Part shown: positions 46,601-61,600 of the stretch, piece by piece
Position numbering within the stretch: position 1 is the stretch's first letter
How the letters are laid out: every line of letters begins with the position of its first letter
Assembly (NCBI GenBank): GCA_964016885.1
Contig: CAXHJY010000530.1
Coordinates: 1 to 64,000 of the forward strand
DNA length: 64,000 nucleotides
Reading direction: 5' to 3'
DNA from: Eledone cirrhosa
Taxonomy: Eukaryota
Notes under the pieces: generated by a model
The model's input: only the letters and a program-made list of their open reading frames with translations
Told to the model about the DNA's origin: nothing
Database searches by the model: none
Position numbers and translations under genes: made by a program

Positions 46601-49600
46601 CTGGAACAGGCAGATGATACTAACAACTGGGAAGACTGGAACAGGTAGAAGATACTAACAACTGGGAAGACTGGAACAGGTAGATGATACCAACAACTGG
46701 GTAGACTGGAACGGGTAGATGATACTAACAACTGGGAAGACTGAAACAGGTAGATGATAATAACAACTGGGAAGACTGAAACAGGTAAATGATACTAACA
46801 ACTGGGAAGACTGGAACAGGTAGATGATACTAACAACTGGGAAGACTGGAACAGGTTGATGATACTAACAACTGGGAAGACTGGAACAGGTAGATGATAC
46901 CAATAACTGGGAAGACTGGAACAGGTAGATGATACTAACAACTGGGAAGACTGGAACAGGTAGATGATACCAACAACTGGGAAGACTGGAACAGGTAGAT
47001 GATACTAACAACTGGGAAGACTGGAACAGGTAGATGATACTAACAACTGGGAAGACTGGAACAGGTAGATGATACCAACAATTGGGAAGACTGGAACAGG
47101 TAGATGATACTAACAACTGGGAAGACTGGAACAGGTAGATGATACCAACAACTGGGAAGACTGGAACAGGTAGATGATACCAACAACTGGGAAGACTGGA
47201 ACAGGTAGATGATACTAACAACTGGGAAGACTGGAACAGGTAGATGATACCAACAACTGGGAAGACTGGAACAGGTAGATGATACCAACAACTGGGAAGA
47301 CTGGAACAGGTAGATGATACCAACAACTGGGAAGACTGGAACAGGTAGATGATACCAACAACTGGGAAGACTGGAACAGGTAGATGATACCAACAACTGG
47401 GAAGACTGGAACAGGTAGATGATACCAACAACTGGGAAGACTGGAACAGGTAGATGATACTAACAACTGGGAAGACTGGAACAGGTAGATGATACCAACA
47501 ACTGGGAAGACTGGAACAGGTAGATGATACCAACAACTGGGAAGACTGGAACAGGTAGATGATACCAACAACTGGGAAGACTGGAACAGGTAGATGATAC
47601 CAACAACTGGGAAGACTGGAACAGGTAGATGATACCAACAACTGGGAAGACTGGAACAGGTAGATGATACTAACAACTGGGAAGACTGGAACAGGTAGAT
47701 GATACCAACAACTGGGAAGACTGGAACAGGTAGATGATACCAACAACTGGGAAGACGGGAACAGGTAGATGATACCAATAACTGGGAAGACTGGAACAGG
47801 TAGATGATACCAATAACTGGGAAGACTGGAACAGGTAGATGATACTAACAACTGGGAAGACTGGAACAGGCAGATGATGCTAAAAACTGGGAAGACTGGA
47901 ACAGGTAGAAGATACTAACAACTGGGAAGACTGGAACAGGTAGATGATACCAACAACTTGGTAGACTGGAACAGGTAGATGATACTAACAACTGGGAAGA
48001 CTGAAACAGGTAGATGATAATAACAACTGGGAAGACTGAAACAGGTAAATGATACTAACAACTGGGAAGACTGGAACAGGTAGATGATACTAACAACTGG
48101 GAAGACTGGAACAGGTAGATGATTCTAACAACTGGGAAGACTGGAACAGGTAGATGATACCAATAACTTGGTAGACTGGAACAGGTAGATGATACTAACA
48201 ACTGGGAAGACTGGAACAGGTAGATGATAACAACAACTGGGAAGACTGGAACAGGTAGATGATACTAACAACTGGGAAGACTGGAACAGGTAGATGATAC
48301 CAACAACTGGGAAGACTGGAACAGGTAAATGATACTAACAACTGGGAAGACTGGAACAGGTAGAAGATACCAACAACTGGGAAGACTGGAACAGGTAGAT
48401 GATACTAACAACTGGGAAGACTGGAACAGGTAGATGATACTAACAACTGGGAAGACTGGAAGAGGTAGATGATACCAACAACTGGGAAGACTGGAACAGG
48501 TAGATGATACCAACAACTGGGAAGACTAGAACAGGTAGATGATACTAACAACTGGGAAGACTGGAACAGGTAGAAGATACCAACAACTGGGAAGACTGGA
48601 ACAGGTAGATGATACTAACAACTGGGAAGACTGGAACAGGTAGATGATACTAACAATTGGGAAGACTGGAACAGGTAGATGATACTAACAACTGGGAAGA
48701 CTGGAACAGGTAGATGATACCAACAACTGGGAAGACTGGAACAGGTAGATGATACCAACAACTGGGAAGACTGGAACAGGTAGATGATACCAACAACTGG
48801 GAAGACTGGAACAGGTAGATGATACCAACAACTGGGAAGACTGGAACAGGTAGATGATACCAATAACTGGGAAGACTGGAACAGGTAGATGATACTAACA
48901 ACTGGGAAGACTGGAACAGGCAGATGATACTAACAACTGGGAAGACTGGAACAGGTAGAAGATACTAACAACTGGGAAGACTGGAACAGGTAGATGATAC
49001 TAACAACTGGGAAGACTGAAACAGGTAGATGATACCAACCACTGGGAAGACTGGAACAGGTAGATGATACCAACAACTGGGAAGACTGGAACAGGTAGAT
49101 GATACTAACAACTGGGAAGACTGGAACAGGTAGATGATACTAACAACTGGGAAGACTGGAACAGGTAGATGATACCAACAACTGGGAAGGCTGAAACAGG
49201 TAGATGATAATAACAACTGGGAAGACTGAAACAGGTAAATGATACTAACAACTGGGAAGACTGGAACAGGTAGATGATACTAACAACTGGGAAGACTGGA
49301 ACAGGTAGATGATACTAACAACTGGGAAGACTGGAACAGGTAGATGATACTAACAACTGGGAAGACTGGAACAGGTAGATGATACCAATAACTGGGTAGA
49401 CTGGAACAGGTAGATGATACTAACAACTGGGAAGACTGGAACAGGTAGATGATAACAACAACTGGGAAGACTGGAACAGGTAGATGATACTAACAACTGG
49501 GAAGACTGGAACAGGTAGATGATACCAACAACTGGGAAGACTGGAACAGGTAGATGATACTAACAACTGGGAAGACTGGAACAGGTAGAAGATACCAACA

Positions 49601-52600
49601 ACTGGGAAGACTGGAACAGGTAGATGATACCAACAACTGGGAAGACTGGAACAGATAGATGATACTAACAACTGGGAAGACTGGAACAGGTAGAAGATAC
49701 CAACAACTGGGAAGACTGGAACAGGTAGATGATACTAATAACTGGGAAGACTGGAACAGGTAGATGATACCAACAACTGGGAAGACTGGAACAGGTAGAT
49801 CATACTAACAACTGGGAAGACTGGAACAGGTAGATGATACCAACAACTGGGAAGACTGGAACAGGTAGATGATACCAACAACTGGGAAGACTGGAACAGG
49901 TAGATGATACCAACAACTGGGAAGACTGGAACAGGTAGATGATACCAACAACTGGGAAGACTGGAACAGGTAGATGATACCAACAACTGGGAAGACTGGA
50001 ACAGGTAGATGATACTAACAACTGGGAAGACTGGAACAGGTAGATGATACCAACAACTGGGAAGACTGGAACAGGTAGATAATACCAACAACTGGGAAGA
50101 CTGGAACAGGTAGATGATACCAACAACTGGGAAGACTGGAACAGGTAGATGATACCAACAACTGGGAAGACTGGAACAGGTAGATGATACCAACAACTGG
50201 GAAGACTGGAACAGGTAGATGATACCAACAACTGGGAAGACTGGAACAGGTAGATGATACCAACAACTGGGAAGACTGGAACAGGTAGATGATACTAACA
50301 ACTGGGAAGACTGGAACAGGTAGATGATACCAACAACTGGGAAGACTGGAACAGGTAGATAATACCAACAACTGGGAAGACTGGAACAGGTAGATAATAC
50401 CAACAACTGGGAAGACTGGAACAGGTAGATGATACCAACAACTGGGAAGACTGGAACAGGTAGATGATACCAACAACTGGGAAGACTGGAACAGGTAGAT
50501 GATACCAACAACTGGGAAGACTGGAACAGGTAGATGATACCAACAACTGGGAAGACTGGAACAGGTAGATGATACCAACAACTGGGAAGACTGGAACAGG
50601 TAGATGATACTAACAACTTGGAAGACTGGAACAGGTAGATGATACCAACAACTGGGAAGACTGGAACAGGTAGATGATACCAACAACTGGGAAGACGGGA
50701 ACAGGTAGATGATACCAACAACTGGGAAGACTGGAACAGGTAGATGATACCAATAACTGGGAAGACTGGAACAGGTAGATGATACTAACAACTGGGAAGA
50801 CTGGAACAGGCAGATGATGCTAAAAACTGGGAAGACTGGAACAGGTAGAAGATACTAACAACTGGGAAGACTGGAACAGGTAGATGATACCAACAACTGG
50901 GTAGACTGGAACAGGTAGATGATACTAACAACTGGGAAGACTGAAACAGGTAGATGATAATAACAACTGGGAAGACTGAAACAGGTAAATGATACTAACA
51001 ACTGGGAAGACTGGAACAGGTAGATGATACTAACAACTGGGAAGACTGGAACAGGTAGATGATACTAACAACTGGGAAGACTGGAACAGGTAGATGATAA
51101 CAATAACTGGGTAGACTGTAACAGGTAGATGATACTAACAACTGGGAAGACTGGAACAGGTAGATGATAACAACAACTGGGAAGACTGGAACAGGTAGAT
51201 GATACTAACAACTGGGAAGACTGGAACAGGTAGATGATACCAACAACTGGGAAGACTGGAACAGGTAAATGATACTAACAACTGGGAAGACTGGAACAGG
51301 TAGAAGATACCAACAACTGGGAAGACTGGAACAGGTAGATGATACTAACAACTGGGAAGACTGGAACAGGTAGATGATACTAACAACTGGGAAGACTGGA
51401 AGAGGTAGATGATACCAACAACTGGGAAGACTGGAACAGGTAGATGATACCAACAACTGGGAAGACTAGAACAGGTAGATGATACTAACAACTGGGAAGA
51501 CTGGAACAGGTAGAAGATACCAACAACTGGGAAGACTGGAACAGGTAGATGATACTAACAACTGGGAAGACTGGAACAGGTAGATGATACTAACAATTGG
51601 GAAGACTGGAACAGGTAGATGATACTAACAACTGGGAAGACTGGAACAGGGAGATGATACCAACAACTGGGAAGACTGGAACAGGTAGATGATACCAACA
51701 ACTGGGAAGACTGGAACAGGTAGATGATACCAACAACTGGGAAGACTGGAACAGGTAGATGATACCAACAACTGGGAAGACTGGAACAGGTAGATGATAC
51801 CAATAACTGGGAAGACTGGAACAGGTAGATGATACTAACAACTGGGAAGACTGGAACAGGCAGATGATACTAACAACTGGGAAGACTGGAACAGGTAGAA
51901 GATACTAACAACTGGGAAGACTGGAACAGGTAGATGATACTAACAACTGGGAAGACTGAAACAGGTAGATGATACTAACAACTGGGAAGACTGGAACAGG
52001 TAGATGATACCAACAACTGGGAAGACTGGAACAGGTAGATGATACCAACAACTGGGAAGACTGGAACAGGTAGATGATACCAACAACTGGGAAGGCTGAA
52101 ACAGGTAGATGATAATAACAACTGGGAAGACTGAAACAGGTAAATGATACTAACAACTGGGAAGACTGGAACAGGTAGATGATACTAACAACTGGGAAGA
52201 CTGGAACAGGTAGATGATACTAACAACTGGGAAGACTGGAACAGGTAGATGATACCAATAACTGGGTAGACTGGAACAGGTAGATGATACTAACAACTGG
52301 GAAGACTGGAACAGGTAGATGATAACAACAACTGGGAAGACTGGAACAGGTAGATGATACTAACAACTGGGAAGACTGGAACAGGTAGATGATACCAACA
52401 ACTGGGAAGACTGGAACAGGTAGATGATACTAACAACTGGGAAGACTGGAACAGGTAGAAGATACAAACAAATGGGAAGACTGGAACAGGTAGATGATAC
52501 CAACAACTGGGAAGACTGGAACAGATAGATGATACTAACAACTGGGAAGACTGGAACAGGTAGAAGATACCAACAACTGGGAAGACTGGAACAGGTAGAT

Positions 52601-55600
52601 GATACTAATAACTGGGAAGACTGGAACAGGTAGATGATACCAACAACTGGGAAGACTGGAACAGGTAGATCATACTAACAACTGGGAAGACTGGAACAGG
52701 TAGATGATACCAACAACTGGGAAGACTGGAACAGGTAGATGATACCAACAACTGGGAAGACTGGAACAGGTAGATGATACCAACAACTGGGAAGACTGGA
52801 ACAGGTAGATGATACCAACAACTGGGAAGACTGGAACAGGTAGATGATACCAACAACTGGGAAGACTGGAACAGGTAGATGATACTAACAACTGGGAAGA
52901 ATGGAACAGGTAGATGATACCAACAACTGGGAAGACTGGAACAGGTAGATAATACCAACAACTGGGAAGACTGGAACAGGTAGATGATACCAACAACTGG
53001 GAAGACTGGAACAGGTAGATGATACCAATAACTGTGAAGACTGGAACAGGTAGATGATACTAACAACTGGGAAGACTGGAACAGGCAGATGATACTAACA
53101 ACTGGGAAGTCTGGAACAGGTAGAAGATACTAACAACTGGGAAGACTGGAACAGGTAGATGATACCAACAACTGGGTAGACTGGAACAGGTAGATGATAC
53201 TAACAACTGGGAAGACTGAAACAGGTAGATGATACTAACAACTGGGAAGACAGAAACAGGTAAATGATACTAACAACTGGGAAGACTGGAACAGGTAGAT
53301 GATACTAACAACTGGGAAGACTGGAACAGGTAGATGATACCAACAACTGGGAAGACTGGAACAGGTAGATGATACTAACAACTGGGAAGACTGGAACAGG
53401 TAGATGATACCAACAACTGGGAAGACTGGAACAGGTAGATGATACTAACAACTGGGAAGACTGGAACAGGTAGATGATACCAACAACTGGGAAGACTGGA
53501 ACAGGTAGATGATACCAACAACTGGGAAGACTGGAACAGGTAGATGATACTAACAACTGGGAAGACTGGAACAGGTAGATGATACCAACAACTGGGAAGA
53601 CTGGAACAGGTTGAAGATACCAACAACTGGGAAGACTGGAACAGGTAGATGATACCAACAACTGGGAAGACTGAAACAGGTAGATGATAATAACAACTGG
53701 GAAGACTGGAACAGGTAGATGATACTAACAACTGGGAAGACTGGAACAGGTAGATGATACTAACAACTGGGAAGACAGGAACAGGTAGATGATACCAACA
53801 ACTGGGAAGACTAGAACAGGTAGATGATACCAACAACTGGGAAGACTGGAACAGGTAGATGATACCAATAACTGGGAAGACTGGAACAGGTAGATGATAC
53901 TAACAACTGGGAAGACTGGAACAGGCAGATGATACTAACAACTGGGAAGACTGGAACAGGTAGAAGATACTAACAACTGGGAAGACTGGAACAGGTAGAT
54001 GATACCAACAACTGGGTAGACTGGAACAGGTAGATGATACTAACAACTGGGAAGACTGAAACAGGTAGATGATACTAACAACTGGGAAGACTGAAACAGG
54101 TAAATGATACTAACAACTGGGAAGACTGGAACAGGTAGATGATACTAACAACTGGGAAGACTGGAACAGGTAGATGATACCAACAACTGGGAAGACTGGA
54201 ACAGGTAGATGATACTAACAACTGGGAAGACTGGAACAGGTAGATGATACTAACAACTGGGAAGACTGGAACAGGTAGATGATACCAACAACTGGGAAGA
54301 CTGGAACAGGTAGATGATACTAACAACTGGGAAGACTGGAACAGGTAGATGATACCAACAACTGGGAAGACTGGAACAGGTAGATGATACCAACAACTGG
54401 GAAGACTGGAACAGGTAGATGATACTAACAACTGGGAAGACTGGAACAGGTAGATGATACCAACAACTGGGAAGACTGGAACAGGTAGATGATACCAACA
54501 ACTGGGAAGACTGGAACAGGTAGATGATACCAACAACTGGGAAGACTGAAACAGGTAGATGATAATAACAACTGGGAAGACTGAAACAGGTAAATGATAC
54601 TAACAACTGGGAAGACTGGAACAGGTAGATGATACTAACAACTGGGAAGACTGAAACAGGTAGATGATACTAACAACTGGGAAGACTGGAACAGGTAGAT
54701 GATACCAATAACTGGGTAGACTGGAACAGGTAGATGATACTAACAACTGGGAAGACTGGAACAGGTAGATGATAACAACAACTGGGAAGACTGAAACAGG
54801 TAGATGATACTAACAACTGGGAAGACTGGAACAGGTAGATGATACCAACAACTGGGAAGACTGGAACAGGTAGATGACACCAACAACTGGGAAGACTGGA
54901 ACAGGTAGATGATACTAACAACTGGGAAGACTGGAACAGGTAGATGATACTAACAACTGGGAAGACTGGAACAGGTAGAAGATACCAACAACTGGGAAGA
55001 CTGGAACAGGTAGATGATACTAACAACTGGGAAGACTGGAACAGGTAGATGATACTAACAACTGGGAAGACTGGAACAGGTAGATGATACCAACAACTGG
55101 GAAGACTGGAACAGGTAGATGATACCAACAACTGGGAAGACTGGAACAGGTAGATGATACCAACAACTGGGAAGACTAGAACAGGTAGATGATACTAACA
55201 ACTGGGAAGACTGGAACAGGTAGAAGATACCAAAAACTGGGAAGACTGGAACAGGTAGATGATACCAACAACTGGGATGACTGGAACAGGTAGATGATAC
55301 TAACAACTGGGAAGACTGGAACAGGTAGATGATACTAACAACTGGGAAGACTGGAACAGGTAGATGATACTAACAACTGGGAAGACTGGAACAGGTAGAT
55401 GATACCAACAACTGGGAAGACTGGAACATGTAGATGATACCAACAACTGGGAAGACTGGAACAGGTAGATGATACTAACAACTGGGAAGACTGGAACAGG
55501 TAGAAGATACCAACAACTGGGAAGACTGGAACAGGTAGATGATACCAACAACTGGGAAGACTGGAACAGGTAGATGATACCAACAACTGGGAAGACTGGA

Positions 55601-58600
55601 ACAGGTAGATGATACCAACAACTGGGAAGACTGGAACAGGTAGATGATACCAGCAACTGGGAAGACTAGAACAGGTAGATGATACTAACAACTGGGAAGA
55701 CTGGAACAGGTAGAAGATACCAAAAACTGGGAAGACTGGAACAGGTAGATGATACCAACAACTGGGAAGACTGGAACAGGTAGATGATACTAACAACTGG
55801 GAAGACTGGAACAGCTAGATGATACTAACAACTGGGAAGACTGGAACAGGTAGAAGATACCAAAAACTGGGAAGACTGGAACAGGTAGATGATACCAACA
55901 ACTGGGAAGACTGGAACAGGTAGATTATACTAACAACTGGGAAGACTGGAACAGGTAGATGATACTAACAACTGGGAAGACTGGAACAGGTAGATGATAC
56001 TAACAACTGGGAAGACTGAAACAGGTAGATGATACTAACAACTGGGAAGACTGAAACAGGTAGATGATACCAACAACTGGGAAGACTGGAACAGGTAGAT
56101 GATACCAACAACTGGGAAGACTGGAACAGGTAGATGATACCAACAACTGGGAAGGCTGAAACAGGTAGATGATAATAACAACTGGGAAGACTGAAACAGG
56201 TAAATGATACTAACAACTGGGAAGACTGGAACAGGTAGATGATACTAACAACTGGGAAGACTGGAACAGGTAGATGATACTAACAACTGGGAAGACTGGA
56301 ACAGGTAGATGATACCAATAACTGGGTAGACTGGAACAGGTAGATGATACTAACAACTGGGAAGACTGGAACAGGTAGATGATAACAACAACTGGGAAGA
56401 CTGGAACAGGTAGATGATACTAACAACTGGGAAGACTGGAACAGGTAGATGATACCAACAACTGGGAAGACTGGAACAGGTAGATGATACTAACAACTGG
56501 GAAGACTGGAACAGGTAGAAGATACCAACAACTGGGAAGACTGGAACAGGTAGATGATACCAACAACTGGGAAGACTGGAACAGATAGATGATACTAACA
56601 ACTGGGAAGACTGGAACAGGTAGAAGATACCAACAACTGGGAAGACTGGAACAGGTAGATGATACTAATAACTGGGAAGACTGGAACAGGTAGATGATAC
56701 CAACAACTGGGAAGACTGCAACAGGTAGATCATACTAACAACTGGGAAGACTGGAACAGGTAGATGATACCAACAACTGGGAAGACTGGAACAGGTAGAT
56801 GATACCAACAACTGGGAAGACTGGAACAGGTAGATGATACCAACAACTGGGAAGACTGGAACAGGTAGATGATACTAACAACTGGGAAGACTGGAACAGG
56901 TAGATGATACCAACAACTGGGAAGACTGGAACAGGTAGATAATACCAACAACTGGGAAGACTGGAACAGGTAGATGATACCAACAACTGGGAAGACTGGA
57001 ACAGGTAGATGATACCAATAACTGGGAAGACTGGAACAGGTAGATGATACTAACAACTGGGAAGACTGGAACAGGCAGATGATACTAACAACTGGGAAGT
57101 CTGGAACAGGTAGAAGATACTAACAACTGGGAAGACTGAAACAGGTAGATGATACTAACAACTGGGAAGACTGAAACAGGTAAATGATACTAACAACTGG
57201 GAAGACTGGAACAGGTAGATGATACTAACAACTGGGAAGACTGGAACAGGTAGATGATACCAACAACTGGGAAGACTGGAACAGGTAGATGATACTAACA
57301 ACTGGGAAGACTGGAACAGGTAGATGATACCAACAACTGGGAAGACTGGAACAGGTAGATGATACTAACAACTGGGAAGACTGGAACAGGTAGATGATAC
57401 CAACAACTGGGAAGACTGGAACAGGTAGATGATACCAACAACTGGGAAGACTGGAACAGGTAGATGATACTAACAACTGGGAAGACTGGAACAGGTAGAT
57501 GATACCAACAACTGGGAAGACTGGAACAGGTAGATGATACCAACAACTGGGAAGACTGGAACAGGTAGATGATACCAGCAACTGGGAAGACTGAAACAGG
57601 TAGATGATAATAACAACTGGGAAGACTGAAACAGGTAAATGATACAAACAACTGGGAAGACTGGAACAGGTAGATGATACTAACAACTGGGAAGACTGGA
57701 ACAGGTAGATGATACTAACAACTGGGAAGACAGGAACAGGTAGATGATACCAACAACTGGGAAGACTAGAACAGGTAGATGATACCAACAACTGGGAAGA
57801 CTGGAACAGGTAGATGATACCAATAACTGGGAAGACTGGAACAGGTAGATGATACTAACAACTGGGAAGACTGGAACAGGCAGATGATACTAACAACTGG
57901 GAAGACTGGAACAGGTAGAAGATACTAACAACTGGGAAGACTGGAACAGGTAGATGATACCAACAACTGGGTCGACTGGAACAGGTAGATGATACTAACA
58001 ACTGGGAAGACTGAAACAGGTAGATGATACTAACAACTGGGAAGACTGTAACAGGTAAATGATACTAACAACTGGGAAGACTGGAACAGGTAGATGATAC
58101 TAACAACTGGGAAGACTGGAACAGGTAGATGATACCAACAACTGGGAAGACTGGAACAGGTAGATGATACTAACAACTGGGAAGACTGGAACAGGTAGAT
58201 GATACCAACAACTGGGAAGACTGGAACAGGTAGATGATACTAACAACTGGGAAGACTGGAACAGGTAGATGATACCAACAACTGGGAAGACTGGAACAGG
58301 TAGATGATACCAACAACTGGGAAGACTGGAACAGGTAGATGATACTAACAACTGGGAAGACTGGAACAGGTAGATGATACCAACAACTGGGAAGACTGGA
58401 ACAGGTAGATGATACCAACAACTGGGAAGACTGGAACAGGTAGATGATACCAACAACTGGGAAGACTGAAACAGGTAGATGATAATAACAACTGGGAAGA
58501 CTGAAACAGGTAAATGATACTAACAACTGGGAAGACTGGAACAGGTAGATGATACTAACAACTGGGAAGACTGAAACAGGTAGATGATACTAACAACTGG

Positions 58601-61600
58601 GAAGACTGGAACAGGTAGATGATACTAACAACTGGGAAGACTGAAACAGGTAAATGATACTAACAACTGGGAAGACTGGAACAGGTAGATGATACTAACA
58701 ACTGGGAAGACTGGAACAGGTAGATGATACCAACAACTGGGAAGACTGGAACAGGTAGATGATACTAACAACTGGGAAGACTGGAACAGGTAGATGATAC
58801 CAACAACTGGGAAGACTGGAACAGGTAGATGATACTAACAACTGGGAAGACTGGAACAGGTAGATGATACCAACAACTGGGAAGACTGGAACAGGTAGAT
58901 GATACCAACAACTGGGAAGACTGGAACAGGTAGATGATACTAACAACTGGGAAGACTGGAACAGGTAGATGATACCAACAACTGGGAAGACTGGAACAGG
59001 TAGATGATACCAACAACTGGGAAGACTGGAACAGGTAGATGATACCAGCAACTGGGAAGACTGAAACAGGTAGATGATAATAACAACTGGGAAGACTGAA
59101 ACAGGTAAATGATACAAACAACTGGGAAGACTGGAACAGGTAGATGATACTAACAACTGGGAAGACTGGAACAGGTAGATGATACTAACAACTGGGAAGA
59201 CAGGAACAGGTAGATGATACCAACAACTGGGAAGACTAGAACAGGTAGATGATACCAACAACTGGGAAGACTGGAACAGGTAGATGATACCAATAACTGG
59301 GAAGACTGGAACAGGTAGATGATACTAACAACTGGGAAGACTGGAACAGGCAGATGATACTAACAACTGGGAAGACTGGAACAGGTAGAAGATACTAACA
59401 ACTGGGAAGACTGGAACAGGTAGATGATACCAACAACTGGGTAGACTGGAACAGGTAGATGATACTAACAACTGGGAAGACTGAAACAGGTAGATGATAC
59501 TAACAACTGGGAAGACTGAAACAGGTAAATGATACTAACAACTGGGAAGACTGGAACAGGTAGATGATACTAACAACTGGGAAGACTGGAACAGGTAGAT
59601 GATACCAACAACTGGGAAGACTGGAACAGGTAGATGATACTAACAACTGGGAAGACTGGAACAGGTAGATGATACCAACAACTGGGAAGACTGGAACAGG
59701 TAGATGATACTAACAACTGGGAAGACTGGAACAGGTAGATGATACCAACAACTGGGAAGACTGGAACAGGTAGATGATACCAACAACTGGGAAGACTGGA
59801 ACAGGTAGATGATACTAACAACTGGGAAGACTGGAACAGGTAGATGATACCAACAACTGGGAAGACTGGAACAGGTAGATGATACCAACAACTGGGAAGA
59901 CTGGAACAGGTAGATGATACCAACAACTGGGAAGACTGAAACAGGTAGATGATAATAACAACTGGGAAGACTGAAACAGGTAAATGATACTAACAACTGG
60001 GAAGACTGGAACAGGTAGATGATACTAACAACTGGGAAGACTGAAACAGGTAGATGATACTAACAACTGGGAAGACTGGAACAGGTAGATGATACCAATA
60101 ACTGGGTAGACTGGAACAGGTAGATGATACTAACAACTGGGAAGACTGGAACAGGTAGATGATAACAACAACTGGGAAGACTGAAACAGGTAGATGATAC
60201 TAACAACTGGGAAGACTGGAACAGGTAGATGATACCAACAACTGGGAAGACTGGAACAGGTAGATGACACCAACAACTGGGAAGACTGGAACAGGTAGAT
60301 GATACTAACAACTGGGAAGAATGGAACAGGTAGATGATACTAACAACTGGGAAGACTGGAACAGGTAGAGGATACCAACAACTGGGAAGACTGGAACAGG
60401 TAGATGATACTAACAACTGGGAAGACTGGAACAGGTAGATGATACTAACAACTGGGAAGACTGGAACAGGTAGATGATACCAACAACTGGGAAGACTGGA
60501 ACAGGTAGATGATACCAACAACTGGGAAGACTGGAACAGGTAGATGATACCAACAACTGGGAAGACTAGAACAGGTAGATGATACTAACAACTGGGAAGA
60601 CTGGAACAGGTAGAAGATACCAAAAACTGGGAAGACTGGAACAGGTAGATGATACCAACAACTGGGAAGACTGGAACAGGTAGATGATACTAACAACTGG
60701 GAAGACTGGAACAGGTAGATGATACTAACAACTGGGAAGACTGGAACAGGTAGATGATACTAACAACTGGGAAGACTGGAACAGGTAGATGATACCAACA
60801 ACTGGGAAGACTGGAACATGTAGATGATACCAACAACTGGGAAGACTGGAACAGGTAGATGATACTAACAACTGGGAAGACTGGAACAGGTAGAAGATAC
60901 CAACAACTGGGAAGACTGGAACAGGTAGATGATACCAACAACTGGGAAGACTGGAACAGGTAGATGATACCAACAACTGGGAAGACTGGAACAGGTAGAT
61001 GATACCAACAACTGGGAAGACTGAAACAGGTAGATGATACCAACAACTGGGAAGACTAGAACAGGTAGATGATACTAACAACTGGGAAGACTGGAACAGG
61101 TAGAAGATACCAAAAACTGGGAAGACTGGAACAGGTAGATGATACCAACAACTGGGAAGACTGGAACAGGTAGATGATACTAACAACTGGGAAGACTGGA
61201 ACAGGTAGATGATACTAACAACTGGGAAGACTGGAACAGGTAGAAGATACCAAAAACTGGGAAGACTGGAACAGGTAGATGATACCAACAACTGGGAAGA
61301 CTGGAACAGGTAGATTATACTAACAACTGGGAAGACTGGAACAGGTAGATGATACTAACAACTGGGAAGACTGGAACAGGTAGATGATACTAACAACTGG
61401 GAAGACTGGAACAGGTAGATGATACCAACAACTGGGAAGACTGGAACATGTAGATGATACCAACAACTGGGAAGACTGGAACAGGTAGATGATACTAACA
61501 ACTGGGAAGACTGGAACAGGTAGAAGATACCAACAACTGGGAAGACTGGAACAGGTAGATGATACTAACAACTGGGAAGACTGGAACAGGTAGATGATAC